Of a stretch of 64,000 nucleotides of DNA, positions 37,901-45,620 are shown one piece after another. The stretch is from a virus: positions 1 to 64,000 of IMG/VR virus record IMGVR_UViG_3300006737_000029; one strand, 5' to 3'. The notes beneath the pieces are model-generated. The model saw nothing but the letters and a program-made list of their open reading frames with translations. It was not told where the DNA came from and searched no databases. The stretch's first letter is position 1. Every line of letters begins with the position of its first letter. The translations under genes and the position numbers were made by a program.

Positions 37901-38606
37901 TGCTCCACCATTATCAGGTTTAATATTCAACACACTTGATTGGGCTGGAGATATAGTAAGACCTGCCCTAGTTTCAGGGTTACCTGAAGATTGGAAACAA
38001 AATGCTTTTGGTGATGCTCAATATTATGATGCTGGAAAAAGATTGATTGAAAGTCCAAGTTGGAAAAATCTTGGTACAGTTGGTTTAGATATAGCATCTG
38101 TTGTACCTGTTGGTAGAGGTGCAAGTATGATTTATAATGCTGGAAAACAAGGTTTAAGAAATACAAAATTTTTAACTTCAGGTTTAAATAGTAGTAAAAG
38201 TCTTAGAGGTAACTTTAATACATTAAAAGGTAACTATAGTGATTTTAGATATATGAACCCTAAATTAAAAAATATGTATAGCTTTGATAAACAAAATCCT
38301 GGAGCATTACGTACTCATTTAAATCAAAAAGGTCCTTTTACTGTTAATACTCCCGCTGGTCGTCAATATAACTTAACAGGAGATATGTTTAGTCCTAATC
38401 AAACACTTATTGGAAAAAACAATATTAATTATGGTGCAGCGTTTGATAAGTACAAACATTATGGAATTGCACCTGGATATATTGCAAATAGTTTTATGGA
38501 ACCTAATCAGAACATAACATTTGGTCAACCAAGTTTTTTGAATACACAGATACCTTCCAGTACATACAATCAAAAACTACCTTTGAATTATTTCAAAGCA
38601 AAATAA
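31971..38606 (+). CDS. giant modular (polyvalent) protein with kinase-like and lysozyme-like domains, probable virion cargo
   Basis: 2211 aa; repeated KxGG-x-LPKAQxG linkers; HLDMHSNNIM..IIDP; TVGFG...FTYNLG. Confidence 0.7.
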   Translation: MSRKLKNKSKKILPKAQSGRFLIGSNSPRFVPPKIRPNFVRSLRNYYPNLDIRGIGTQPNLFSGINELGMPTSNFANLTDYEKTALGRFNIGEYQPVDSRFNNLVQNYQHLNTDKNLAIDMANMAVDFSQTSPGSYFEVLTKGEPSSFMSEIFRDPNINVFNARNPIVNDGTYDYNNPYAGNFRDNFTGEFEKNLRSYGKHGFYANQVPLSGATEIANRFMPANMQLRPITSYGKGDNYFANQMSLAPKGTYPYNITTRPGYDYLQVGSPVADYMVTGSTMYNVDPISNLGKYRGRGEMDNQHNFLLGRTNSPSIILSGDQGFAGMQGGNDKRRLWSGIETPGRGKNVPNLNTNLSPLLRETFNLNTPFQGTFMKFPYMNTYERTIDGNIPRTERIGADGKVEEISSWNIDDRHKSFNDLTSDNRIAYRKNFDWLRPMSRENHFYPGTFLKQDGSPFNVDFDYTRGVPANPKLGQIDQYIPSYFLGFDWGMKPNYGLPNKYKYLDDFDIKSLPNLRDKKEKGGELPKAQFGKGLFGNLFKKPNIGLKGGKQYDYANKRFVQPKALENTNIYRKTASERTHPVIGDYSFSSMQGEYDWLQNANQMSDKFVIAKNPIYNNDGQLISYDMPNLTNDGYLTLNDFFDRSGDENFKSLFKTEKSIDGLLQDINKQGLFHLDMHSNNIMVKPGFGGSILDYKIIDPVGLPQITRDMDFSTFAPLEFNQLKLNLHPTFYPETTQSTRFNNVMDFYGGIEKDRYGTILLPNEAKFNSKGEWKKEGGQLPKAQMGRFKFSPKVRNKMTTDGNLLPVKKFDKLIARNFTTGEQQYLQNLLLSNPSLVQNGNINLNNLELAADKSAMSFKFQDINDFDTRMVNGVEGVRSRWTDVGSVDPTFTYLTGDTPDFGLYRYPEILPSQFSYLNQSNVRSPYMQFKGDQITPTNFSIGMTGLNKPYLDNHHDGLHILDPGAHGWMRGFVDKRFPNRYNLKELQTDINKDPMFDLLKSKNISQLSEQVDKSKFRIGKNEKEIARTQNELQLIQQRKNEIYGRDEYTDELAELERLEEGLTQSLEHHMKNYPLAKRIMANSDGDMSNLIQLSRIGFDPYARLNNEAFAFLQDKGFNEIVIPNAKTIAQIQGWDPDLPNSYKGTLNYYNTLQNNSQLTNTGNTFDLDNYSGNIFNLQRTQKPFELFKKYGGQTSTYSLDTKHKNYKKGAEIYKYGGQTYSMEKAQNGKETNTYDQEYGMFENWLQEQEASWDYIKNTPSSVLKPDGKTYYMMYEDNKFYPYYFKNSDGTVETEATVGFGMKGADVYETYKDGMSLEEAETGRKKDIDNALRKTKIFIDANYGEGEYDKLDAREKFMLADFTYNLGKLSKYPNFADAIMTNNFDKALAEYIRKDQEGGTELGRNDAYLNTYLQPWINSEQEKIAEEAANLERMNNLMQEQLVIPADNTMVGQNSFGGWKAGGETIKNKKMKTKDLDYFKNGGSLKKAQNGFSGASLLSNPNNQQSSLMNKMQNILYQNQVDQYYEPYGGKEEYEKMRRWAQYQDALASGNESVINAYKSLYPEFENMSYGDAFALSRQSQEFASPGAFGLEGETNTMFKMPYGDDGMPNFRWNNQVYGVEEGDDNIFDWRTGDQIDNMFGDIDQQMNMDFLIANPDLTNANPEDYYNYMVEYYKDDKDKSRLLRDIKKNNPKNYLNMLSPSMNSGLYNALRTQQGLDASLDPSGWNDPDGDEIVEDSDIKSLYNPEINYVDNIGGGAGYTSMSGDHGYAAWQNVPLSNVAGDYQDMGTNQHAVDSYLASDQFNLGSEAAKKWLANYNKENLATFKEDFGKAWFTNSDPNSAYPSQTLNKEQYNKFLEYTPGQEGEGRNDLFENIYNAMNHQIATNNIGNNTLTFNNPNNNEEDLLDFANGDMYEYLKDRRMGLLNAKGDRFNAGKANLWGQTVPVTNERSNQPTSFYEANVSKPWNNVLNWANAPTGAPPLSGLIFNTLDWAGDIVRPALVSGLPEDWKQNAFGDAQYYDAGKRLIESPSWKNLGTVGLDIASVVPVGRGASMIYNAGKQGLRNTKFLTSGLNSSKSLRGNFNTLKGNYSDFRYMNPKLKNMYSFDKQNPGALRTHLNQKGPFTVNTPAGRQYNLTGDMFSPNQTLIGKNNINYGAAFDKYKHYGIAPGYIANSFMEPNQNITFGQPSFLNTQIPSSTYNQKLPLNYFKAK

Positions 38607-38642
38607 ATTATTAATTACTTGCAAGTTTAATGTTTTTATTTA

Positions 38643-38650
38643 TAACTTTG
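38643..38650 (+). promoter_or_regulatory. Bacteroidota -7 element TAACTTTG
   Basis: TAnnTTTG upstream of 38669. Confidence 0.6.
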
Positions 38651-38668
38651 CAACCAAAAACATAACAT

Positions 38669-38974
38669 ATGAGTATAGAAGACTTAAACTGGGACGAATT
38701 TAATAATATGAGTGAAACAGAACAGATAAAACATGAAGAAGCATTTATTCATCATGCGTTTCTAAATTCATACCGCCTTCTTGTAGGGAATGATACATAT
38801 TTAAAATTCCTAGAAGAGGAGAAACCTACCGTATCTCTTACATTTATGCATGACATCACATCATCTGACAATCCAGATGAGGAAGATGTTTTAAATTTAA
38901 TTGATTACTTTGCAGAAAGAGATGATTTTGATAAATGCATTGCACTCAGAGATAAATTTATAAAAAAAAAATAG
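38669..38974 (+). CDS. hypothetical protein
   Basis: 101 aa; C-terminal LIDYF.E.DDFDKCIALRD resembles a UVR-like helix. Confidence 0.65.
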   Translation: MSIEDLNWDEFNNMSETEQIKHEEAFIHHAFLNSYRLLVGNDTYLKFLEEEKPTVSLTFMHDITSSDNPDEEDVLNLIDYFAERDDFDKCIALRDKFIKKK

Positions 38975-38992
38975 TTAACTAAACCATTTGTT

Positions 38993-39658
38993 ATGCCAAC
39001 TGCAAACAAAAGCAAGACTCCACCACGTGGAGCAATAAGATTTTCAATAAGTCTTTCTGAAGAACAAAAAAAAGCCAAAACTGAAATATTAAAAAAACCT
39101 TATAACTTTATTGTAGGAAGAGCAGGTAGTGGAAAAACACTTCTTGCAGTTCAAATTGCTTTAGATCAGTTCTTTAAAAGACAATATAATAAAATTATAA
39201 TTACAAGACCTACAGTATCAACAGAAGACAACGGTTTCTTACCCGGATCTGAACGTGAAAAAATGGAACCTTGGCTAGTACCTATTAGATCAAACATGCG
39301 TAAGGTATATAATAAACCTTTGATTCTTGAGAAGATGGAGAAAGAAGAAAAGATTGAATTGTGCTCTCTGGCTCATTTTAGAGGCCGTACATTTGATAAC
39401 TCTATTGTAATAGTAGATGAGTTCCAGAATCTAACTAGAAGTCAATTAGCAATGGCAATTGGTAGATTAGGAAAAGATTCAAAAATAATCTTTTGTGGTG
39501 ACTCATATCAGATTGATCTAAAAGATAAAAACTATTCAGCTTATCATGACATGTCTAAACTGACTAATTCTAAATATGTATTTAAAACAGTATTAGAAGA
39601 TTCACACAGACATGATGCAATTGAAGAGCTACTTGATCTATTAAACGGGTATCACTAG
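38993..39658 (+). CDS. phoH: PhoH-like ATPase
   Basis: GRAGSGKT, ITRP, GFLPG, RGRTF, VDEFQN, RLG..SK, GD..QID. Confidence 0.95.
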   Translation: MPTANKSKTPPRGAIRFSISLSEEQKKAKTEILKKPYNFIVGRAGSGKTLLAVQIALDQFFKRQYNKIIITRPTVSTEDNGFLPGSEREKMEPWLVPIRSNMRKVYNKPLILEKMEKEEKIELCSLAHFRGRTFDNSIVIVDEFQNLTRSQLAMAIGRLGKDSKIIFCGDSYQIDLKDKNYSAYHDMSKLTNSKYVFKTVLEDSHRHDAIEELLDLLNGYH

Positions 39659-39767
39659 ATAAGAATTAAACTTATTTTATTTAATTTTAAAAAAAATACA
39701 AGAAGATAAACCTTTTTTGTTTATTTTTTTGTATATTTGTAATATATTAATCATAAATCAATTTAAA

Positions 39768-40046
39768 ATGGCAGAAAAAATGCAACAAGAACTATCAGAC
39801 GAAGAAATGGTAGCAAAACGTGAAGAAATTACAACGTTTTACAAAGAAAACATTGAACACTTAAAAGTTCAATTAGAGTATGAAGGTATGTTAAGAGATA
39901 TTGAAAAGGCAAGAGCTGAAAGAGTTCAAGCTCAAATGTTCTTAGCACAAGCAGCTGCTCCACCTCCATCTACTGAAAATGGTAACCCAACTCCTGATGA
40001 AGTACCAGCAAAAAGGACTTTAAAAAGAGTACAAGATGAGGTATAG
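39768..40046 (+). CDS. coiled-coil hypothetical protein
   Basis: Likely start ATG 39768 (MAEKMQQ) downstream of TATATTTG at 39732-39739. Confidence 0.65.
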   Translation: MAEKMQQELSDEEMVAKREEITTFYKENIEHLKVQLEYEGMLRDIEKARAERVQAQMFLAQAAAPPPSTENGNPTPDEVPAKRTLKRVQDEV

Positions 40047-40659
40047 CAAAGAACAAATTAAAAGGACGCTAGAAACTAAAGGTCACAAGTGGTTTGAAAA
40101 TGGAGACTACAATGTAAATATTGTAGGAGTAAGAAATTCTGAAACTGCAGGTAAAGTAACTAATAAGTTTGATGATACAATGACTGTGTCATATAAAGTT
40201 AATGGAGAATGGGTATATCATGAATTTGATTGTACTACTGATCCTGGCTCACATTATATGGATGCACCAATTGTTAAATCAAAAGGTACTGCAGTATTAA
40301 AAGAAGGACAATATCCTAAATCACATAAGATTAGAAAACATCAAGGTAGATATGAAGCATTAGGACAACAAAATCCTGTAACAGTTTATAGAGATAATAA
40401 TAGAGATGACATCTATAACTTTAACTCAGAAAATTTAGATACAGGATTATTTGGTATTAATATTCATAGAGCCACTAAATATGCTGGTAAAAAGTCAACA
40501 CAAGTAGATAAATGGTCTGCAGGTTGTCAAGTAATTGCCTCTAATGATGATTGGACTAAGTTCATGAAGATTATGAGAAAGGCTAGAGATACCTGGAGTA
40601 ATAATTTTACATATACTTTAGTTAACAGCAATGATATTGTTAAGACATGGCTGTCGTAA
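40036..40659 (+). CDS. endolysin-like peptidase (YkuD/L,D-transpeptidase-like fold)
   Basis: NIVGVR, TTDPG, GINIHRA...WSAGCQV catalytic His/Cys motif. Confidence 0.7.
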   Translation: MRYSKEQIKRTLETKGHKWFENGDYNVNIVGVRNSETAGKVTNKFDDTMTVSYKVNGEWVYHEFDCTTDPGSHYMDAPIVKSKGTAVLKEGQYPKSHKIRKHQGRYEALGQQNPVTVYRDNNRDDIYNFNSENLDTGLFGINIHRATKYAGKKSTQVDKWSAGCQVIASNDDWTKFMKIMRKARDTWSNNFTYTLVNSNDIVKTWLS

Positions 40660-41000
40660 ATAAAGTTGATAAAAGAGTTAAGGTAACTAAAGATGCTATA
40701 ATAAAGTATCAAATAGTTACATATTGTTTTTTAAATGATATACAAATAAGTAAAGCTGATTTAGAATGTTTAAATGAATTAGCTAAACTCAAAGATGCTG
40801 AATTAAATAAATTCTGTAAAGTAATATCTGAAAAGCAAATCTTTAAAAGCCCTCAATCATGCAGAAATGCAATCCAAAAAGCAAAATCCAAAGGATTGAT
40901 TGAGAAGGTTGATAAAAAAATTCTTTTATCATCTGATATACAACTGCAAGTAGATGGGAGTATTTTATTAGATTATAAAATTCTTAGTGTTGAAGAATAA
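40647..41000 (+). CDS. putative winged-HTH protein
   Basis: SPQSCRNAIQKAKSKGLIEK helix-wing pattern. Confidence 0.5.
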   Translation: MAVVNKVDKRVKVTKDAIIKYQIVTYCFLNDIQISKADLECLNELAKLKDAELNKFCKVISEKQIFKSPQSCRNAIQKAKSKGLIEKVDKKILLSSDIQLQVDGSILLDYKILSVEE

Positions 41001-41361
41001 TATAAAACCAAAAACATATAAAATATTCTATTCTGATATTGCAAAGGAATGTGAGGTACATGAGAATTTGGTAGAAGAGTTTGTAAGATTTTTCTATAGT
41101 GAGATAAGAAAGCATCTAGAAGAACTAGATCACACAAGAATTCTTTTACCAAATCTCGGTACTTTCATTATAAGAAAAAATAGAATTGAGAGATCAATTA
41201 AAAGACATAAAGACATGTTGGGAAACATGGAAAAAACAACGTACACAGGATATGGTAAACATTTACCTGTAAAAGAGAAGTTACTTAAAATGGAAAAAGC
41301 TCTTGTACGTATTGAAGAAGAGTTAGTAAATAAAAAAAATTGGAAAGATGAAAATAAATAA
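40987..41361 (+). CDS. HU/IHF-like DNA-binding protein
   Basis: IAKE......VEEFVRFFY.EI...L......ILLPNLGTF; expected position in crAss-like capsid modules. Confidence 0.65.
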   Translation: MLKNNIKPKTYKIFYSDIAKECEVHENLVEEFVRFFYSEIRKHLEELDHTRILLPNLGTFIIRKNRIERSIKRHKDMLGNMEKTTYTGYGKHLPVKEKLLKMEKALVRIEEELVNKKNWKDENK

Positions 41362-41686
41362 ACTTTTAAATGCAGTAAAACATCTAGATAAAGTATATGA
41401 AGGTGTAAAAAATAGTATATGGAAAGATGAATTTGTTGAAGAAATTGCAAATGATAGATATAGTATATGCACTAAATGTGCAATGTTTGACTTAAAAGGA
41501 CATCATTGTGCAATGCCTAAAACACAACCTTGTTGTGCAAGTTGTGGTTGTAGTTTAGCATTTAAAGTAAGATCTTTATCAAGCGGCTGCCCTTTACATC
41601 ATTGGGATGCAATTATGTCTGAAGCTGACGAAAACCAATTAACAGAAAATCAACGTAAAAATAAAAAAGATGCCGGTAATATTTAA
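41348..41686 (+). CDS. Cys-rich zinc-binding protein
   Basis: R..ICTKC...C..CGC...K.......CP...W. Confidence 0.65.
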   Translation: MKINKLLNAVKHLDKVYEGVKNSIWKDEFVEEIANDRYSICTKCAMFDLKGHHCAMPKTQPCCASCGCSLAFKVRSLSSGCPLHHWDAIMSEADENQLTENQRKNKKDAGNI

Positions 41687-42503
41687 AGAAGATGGACATG
41701 TGTATCAAAGTTTAGATGAAAACTTAGAAAAGGATAATATAAATTGGACAAGTGTTACATCTTTTATTGCAAAGTTTAAACCTAAGTTTGATAAAAAAGC
41801 TGTTGCAAAAAAATCTTGTAAAAATAAACGTTCAAAATGGTTTGGACTTAAACCTAAAGAAGTTATTAAAATTTGGGAAAAAGAAACAGATAGAGCAATT
41901 AAGTTAGGTAATTGGTACCATAATCAGAGAGAGTCTGATATGCTTGATTTTAAAACAATAGAACGTGAAGGGGTAGAGATACCTATAATAAAACCTTTAG
42001 TTGATTCTACAGGTATTAAAATGGCTCCTGTGCAAAAGTTAGAGCCTGGTGTTTACCCAGAACACTTTGCATTCCTAAAATCAGCTTGCATCTGTGGACA
42101 AGCAGATCTTGTAGAAGTAGTTAATGGAAAAGTAAACATTACTGATTATAAAACTAATAAAGAGATAAAAGAGAAAGGTTTTACAAACTGGGAAGGTATA
42201 ACATCAAAAATGTTTAAACCTGTAAATAACCTTGAGGATTGTAATTTAAATCATTATAATTTACAATTAAGTATTTATATGTACATTATACTTAAGCATA
42301 ATCCAAAATTAAAAGCTGGTAAACTTACAATACAACATGTATCATTTGAAAAAGAAAAAGATGATGAATATGGATACCCAATTAACAAATATAATTCTGA
42401 CGGAGATCCAATTATAAAAGAAATAAAAATGTATAACCTTCCATATCTTAAAGATGAAGTAAGAAGTTTAATAATGTGGATAAAAGATAATCCATTATGC
42501 TAG
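41670..42503 (+). CDS. PD-(D/E)XK nuclease
   Basis: H.Y, SVTS, CGQADL, ITDYKTN, Y.LQLS.Y. Confidence 0.85.
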   Translation: MPVIFKEDGHVYQSLDENLEKDNINWTSVTSFIAKFKPKFDKKAVAKKSCKNKRSKWFGLKPKEVIKIWEKETDRAIKLGNWYHNQRESDMLDFKTIEREGVEIPIIKPLVDSTGIKMAPVQKLEPGVYPEHFAFLKSACICGQADLVEVVNGKVNITDYKTNKEIKEKGFTNWEGITSKMFKPVNNLEDCNLNHYNLQLSIYMYIILKHNPKLKAGKLTIQHVSFEKEKDDEYGYPINKYNSDGDPIIKEIKMYNLPYLKDEVRSLIMWIKDNPLC

Positions 42504-43015
42504 TAAAATTATTTGACATACAAAATGATAAAGTAATTCCATCAGAACACTGTTATACAATAAAAAGTTTAAAGAACATAATGGATAAATATCCTGACAC
42601 ACACATGAGTGTTTACCTTTATGTATTCTATATGACATGTCCAGATCCAGATATGAATCCTTTCTTTAATATGCCTGAGCATGAAAAAGAAGAAATCATA
42701 ATAGAGGAGATTGGATTAGAAGAATCTCCAGAAGATGAAATAATAATAAATGCAATACGTAGATGTGAAGATTTATATCAAACTCCTACATTTAGAGCAT
42801 ACAAAGGAATTAAGTCTATGTTAGATAGACTTGCAAGATATATGGAAACCACATCTATTGAACATGGTAGAGATGGTAATTTAACATCATTAGTAAATAC
42901 TGCAGCTAAGTTTGATCAAATAAGACAATCATTCAAGGGTGCGTATAATGATATGAAAGATGAACAAAAAAGCCAAGTACGTGGAGGACAAGGTTTGGCT
43001 TATGATCAAATGTAA
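42497..43015 (+). CDS. hypothetical protein, candidate terminase small subunit
   Basis: Helical protein ending QVRGG...YDQM, two genes upstream of TerL. Confidence 0.45.
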   Translation: MLVKLFDIQNDKVIPSEHCYTIKSLKNIMDKYPDTHMSVYLYVFYMTCPDPDMNPFFNMPEHEKEEIIIEEIGLEESPEDEIIINAIRRCEDLYQTPTFRAYKGIKSMLDRLARYMETTSIEHGRDGNLTSLVNTAAKFDQIRQSFKGAYNDMKDEQKSQVRGGQGLAYDQM

Positions 43016-43037
43016 TAACTTTAAAAACTAAAAAAAA

Positions 43038-43313
43038 ATGCAAAAAATTATCCCATTAGGTAACAAGGTGTTAGTCAAGTTACATGAAAAAAAAGAGACA
43101 TACGGTAATTCTGGTATATTTATACCTGACTCAGCACAAGAAGAACCTATGACAGCAACAATAATGTCAGTAGGTGAAGATGTAAAAACAATGAAAGAAG
43201 GAGACAATGTAAGATTAAGTGAGTTTGGTACTCCAATGTCAATTGAATCTGAAGGTGTTACCTGTTTATTATTTAATTCACAAGATATTGTTGCTAAAGT
43301 AATTGATGTATAA
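43038..43313 (+). CDS. groES: GroES-like co-chaperonin
   Basis: IPLGNKVLV, SGIFIPDSAQE, VGEDV..MKEGD.V, DIVAKV. Confidence 0.88.
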   Translation: MQKIIPLGNKVLVKLHEKKETYGNSGIFIPDSAQEEPMTATIMSVGEDVKTMKEGDNVRLSEFGTPMSIESEGVTCLLFNSQDIVAKVIDV

Positions 43314-45495
43314 AATAGTTCCAACATATAAGGATGGTAAATGGTCAGAGACTGAATTTGAATCAATAGAGGATTTTAGATCTTTTATTGATTCAATATT
43401 TAAAGAGCCTGGTGAATATGGTTTTGATTCTACCGCCTTATTATTTAATGAACAAGCAGTTAAGTTTAATACTGATGGTGTCTATTGTGATAAACCCTTT
43501 AGATCAAAAGATTTTATAAAATACTGGAATGATCAAAAAAACAAATGTAGAGAAGGCGTAATATATCACAGTGATAATAAAAGCTGGTATATAACTAGAG
43601 ATTATTATATGTGGTTAAATTTCTTACCAATCTTTGATAAAGAAGAAAAGAAATACGGATTTGCAAAAATAAGAGATGCACAGTACCATATGGCTTTATA
43701 TGAGCTAATGGCTGAGATAAACTATAAACATGTAGCAATACTTAAAAAAAGACAGATTGCTTCTTCTTATTTCCATATGGCAAAGATTGTTAATCAATAC
43801 TGGTTTGAGGAAGGATCAATATGTAAGATTGGAGCTTCACTAAAAGATTATATTAATGATAAGGGTTCATGGAAATTTTTAGATGAATATGCAACATTTC
43901 TTAATCAACATACAGCATGGTATAGACCTAACAATCCAGATAAAGTTCTTCTTTGGGAACAAAAGATTGAAGTTAGAATTAACAACAGAAAAACTCAAAG
44001 AGGTTTAAGATCAAAAATACAAGGTGCATCATTTGAAAAGAATGCAACAACAGGTGTAGGTGGACCATGTACCTACTTCTTTCATGAAGAGGCGGGTATT
44101 GCTCCTAAGATGGATCAAACATATGAATATATTAGACCTGCAATGTCTTCTGGTATGATGACTACAGGTCAATTTATTGCAGCTGGATCTGTGGGTGATC
44201 TAGATCAGTGTGAACCATTAAAAAAGATGATACTAAATCCTGAAGCAAACGGTATACTTGGAATTGAAACAGATTTAATGGATGATAAAGGCACAATAGG
44301 AATTGCTGGATTATTTATTCCAGAACAATGGTCTATGCCTCCTTATATAGATAATTACGGTAATTCAAAAATTGAAGAATCACTAGTTGCTATTGAGAAA
44401 GAAAGAAGTCAATGGAAAGATGAATTAGATCCTGAACAGTTTCAATTACGTATATCTCAAAAACCAATCAATATAAATGAAGCATTTGCATACAGGAAAG
44501 CTTCAATATTCCCACAAAGTTTTCTAACTAAACAAATGAGAAGGATTGAACGTAAAGAATACTCATATGAATTTATTGAATTAGAAAGAACTGATAAGGG
44601 AATTAAAGCAAATAAATCTAATAGAACACCTATAGATGAATTTCCAGTAAGAAAAAAGAGGGAAGATAAAGGGGGTGTACTACAAGTTTGGGAAAGACCA
44701 ATTAAAGATCCTGGTTTTGGAACTTACTATGCTTCTATTGACCCTGTGTCAGAAGGTAAAACAACAACATCAGATTCACTTTGTAGTATTATTGTATATA
44801 AAAATCCAATAGAAGTAACAAAAGAAACTCCTGAAGGTTTAGAAACATTTATTGAAGGGGATAAAATTGTTGCTACGTGGTGTGGAAGATATGATGACAT
44901 TAACAAAACACATGAACAATTAGAAAAGATTATTGAATGGTATAATGCATGGACAATTGTTGAAAATAATATATCATTATTTATTCAATATATGATTGCT
45001 AAAAGAAAACAAAAATATTTAGTTCCAAGATCACAGATGGTCTTTCTAAAAGACCTTGGTTCAAATAATAATGTATTTCAAGAATATGGTTGGAAAAATA
45101 CAGGAACATTATTTAAAAGTCATCTTATATCATATGCAATTGAATTCATTAGAGAATCAATTGATGAGCAATTGGATGATAATGGTGAAGTAACAAAAGT
45201 TACATTTGGTGTAGAAAGAATTCCTGATAAAATGCTTATAACAGAAATGCTTCAATATTATCCAGGTTTAAACGTGGATAGACTTGTGTCATTTGCTGCA
45301 TTAGTGTCATTTGCTAAGATGCAACAAGCAAATAGAGGGTATGTTAAACGAAAAGAGAAAGATAAGTCACTAGAATCTTTGGAAAATTCACAAAATTTGT
45401 ATAAATTGAATATGAGACCTTTTAGTAATTTAGGTAGAGGAAAGATCAACTCTACTATGAAAAAAAGAAGAAGTCCATTTAAAAGATTAAAATAA
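43306..45495 (+). CDS. terL: terminase large subunit
   Basis: LKKRQIASS, FFHEEAG, nuclease ASIDPV, IVENN, NVDR; precedes the portal. Confidence 0.88.
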   Translation: MYKIVPTYKDGKWSETEFESIEDFRSFIDSIFKEPGEYGFDSTALLFNEQAVKFNTDGVYCDKPFRSKDFIKYWNDQKNKCREGVIYHSDNKSWYITRDYYMWLNFLPIFDKEEKKYGFAKIRDAQYHMALYELMAEINYKHVAILKKRQIASSYFHMAKIVNQYWFEEGSICKIGASLKDYINDKGSWKFLDEYATFLNQHTAWYRPNNPDKVLLWEQKIEVRINNRKTQRGLRSKIQGASFEKNATTGVGGPCTYFFHEEAGIAPKMDQTYEYIRPAMSSGMMTTGQFIAAGSVGDLDQCEPLKKMILNPEANGILGIETDLMDDKGTIGIAGLFIPEQWSMPPYIDNYGNSKIEESLVAIEKERSQWKDELDPEQFQLRISQKPININEAFAYRKASIFPQSFLTKQMRRIERKEYSYEFIELERTDKGIKANKSNRTPIDEFPVRKKREDKGGVLQVWERPIKDPGFGTYYASIDPVSEGKTTTSDSLCSIIVYKNPIEVTKETPEGLETFIEGDKIVATWCGRYDDINKTHEQLEKIIEWYNAWTIVENNISLFIQYMIAKRKQKYLVPRSQMVFLKDLGSNNNVFQEYGWKNTGTLFKSHLISYAIEFIRESIDEQLDDNGEVTKVTFGVERIPDKMLITEMLQYYPGLNVDRLVSFAALVSFAKMQQANRGYVKRKEKDKSLESLENSQNLYKLNMRPFSNLGRGKINSTMKKRRSPFKRLK

Positions 45496-45617
45496 TGTAT
45501 GATTGGGTAACAACTACTACTATTGATAATGATGGAATATACAATTCTATTCAGTACATTTATGTGTATAGTACATATACTCCTGAAGATGATATTATCT
45601 ATAATGAAAATAATTAG
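45495..45617 (+). CDS. acidic mini-ORF (40 aa)
   Basis: Not in track; TAATG-coupled to terL and ends 3 nt before the portal ATG. Confidence 0.4.
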   Translation: MYDWVTTTTIDNDGIYNSIQYIYVYSTYTPEDDIIYNENN

Positions 45618-45620
45618 AAT

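Noticed and set aside
31971-38606. Giant protein as the crAss-type virion RNA polymerase
   Set aside because: No DxDxD catalytic motif in an RNAP-like context was found; recognisable parts are kinase-like and lysozyme-like
8844-45495. Inteins or group I introns in PolB, DnaB or TerL
   Set aside because: Lengths are ordinary, catalytic motifs are contiguous, and no intein junction or LAGLIDADG motif was seen
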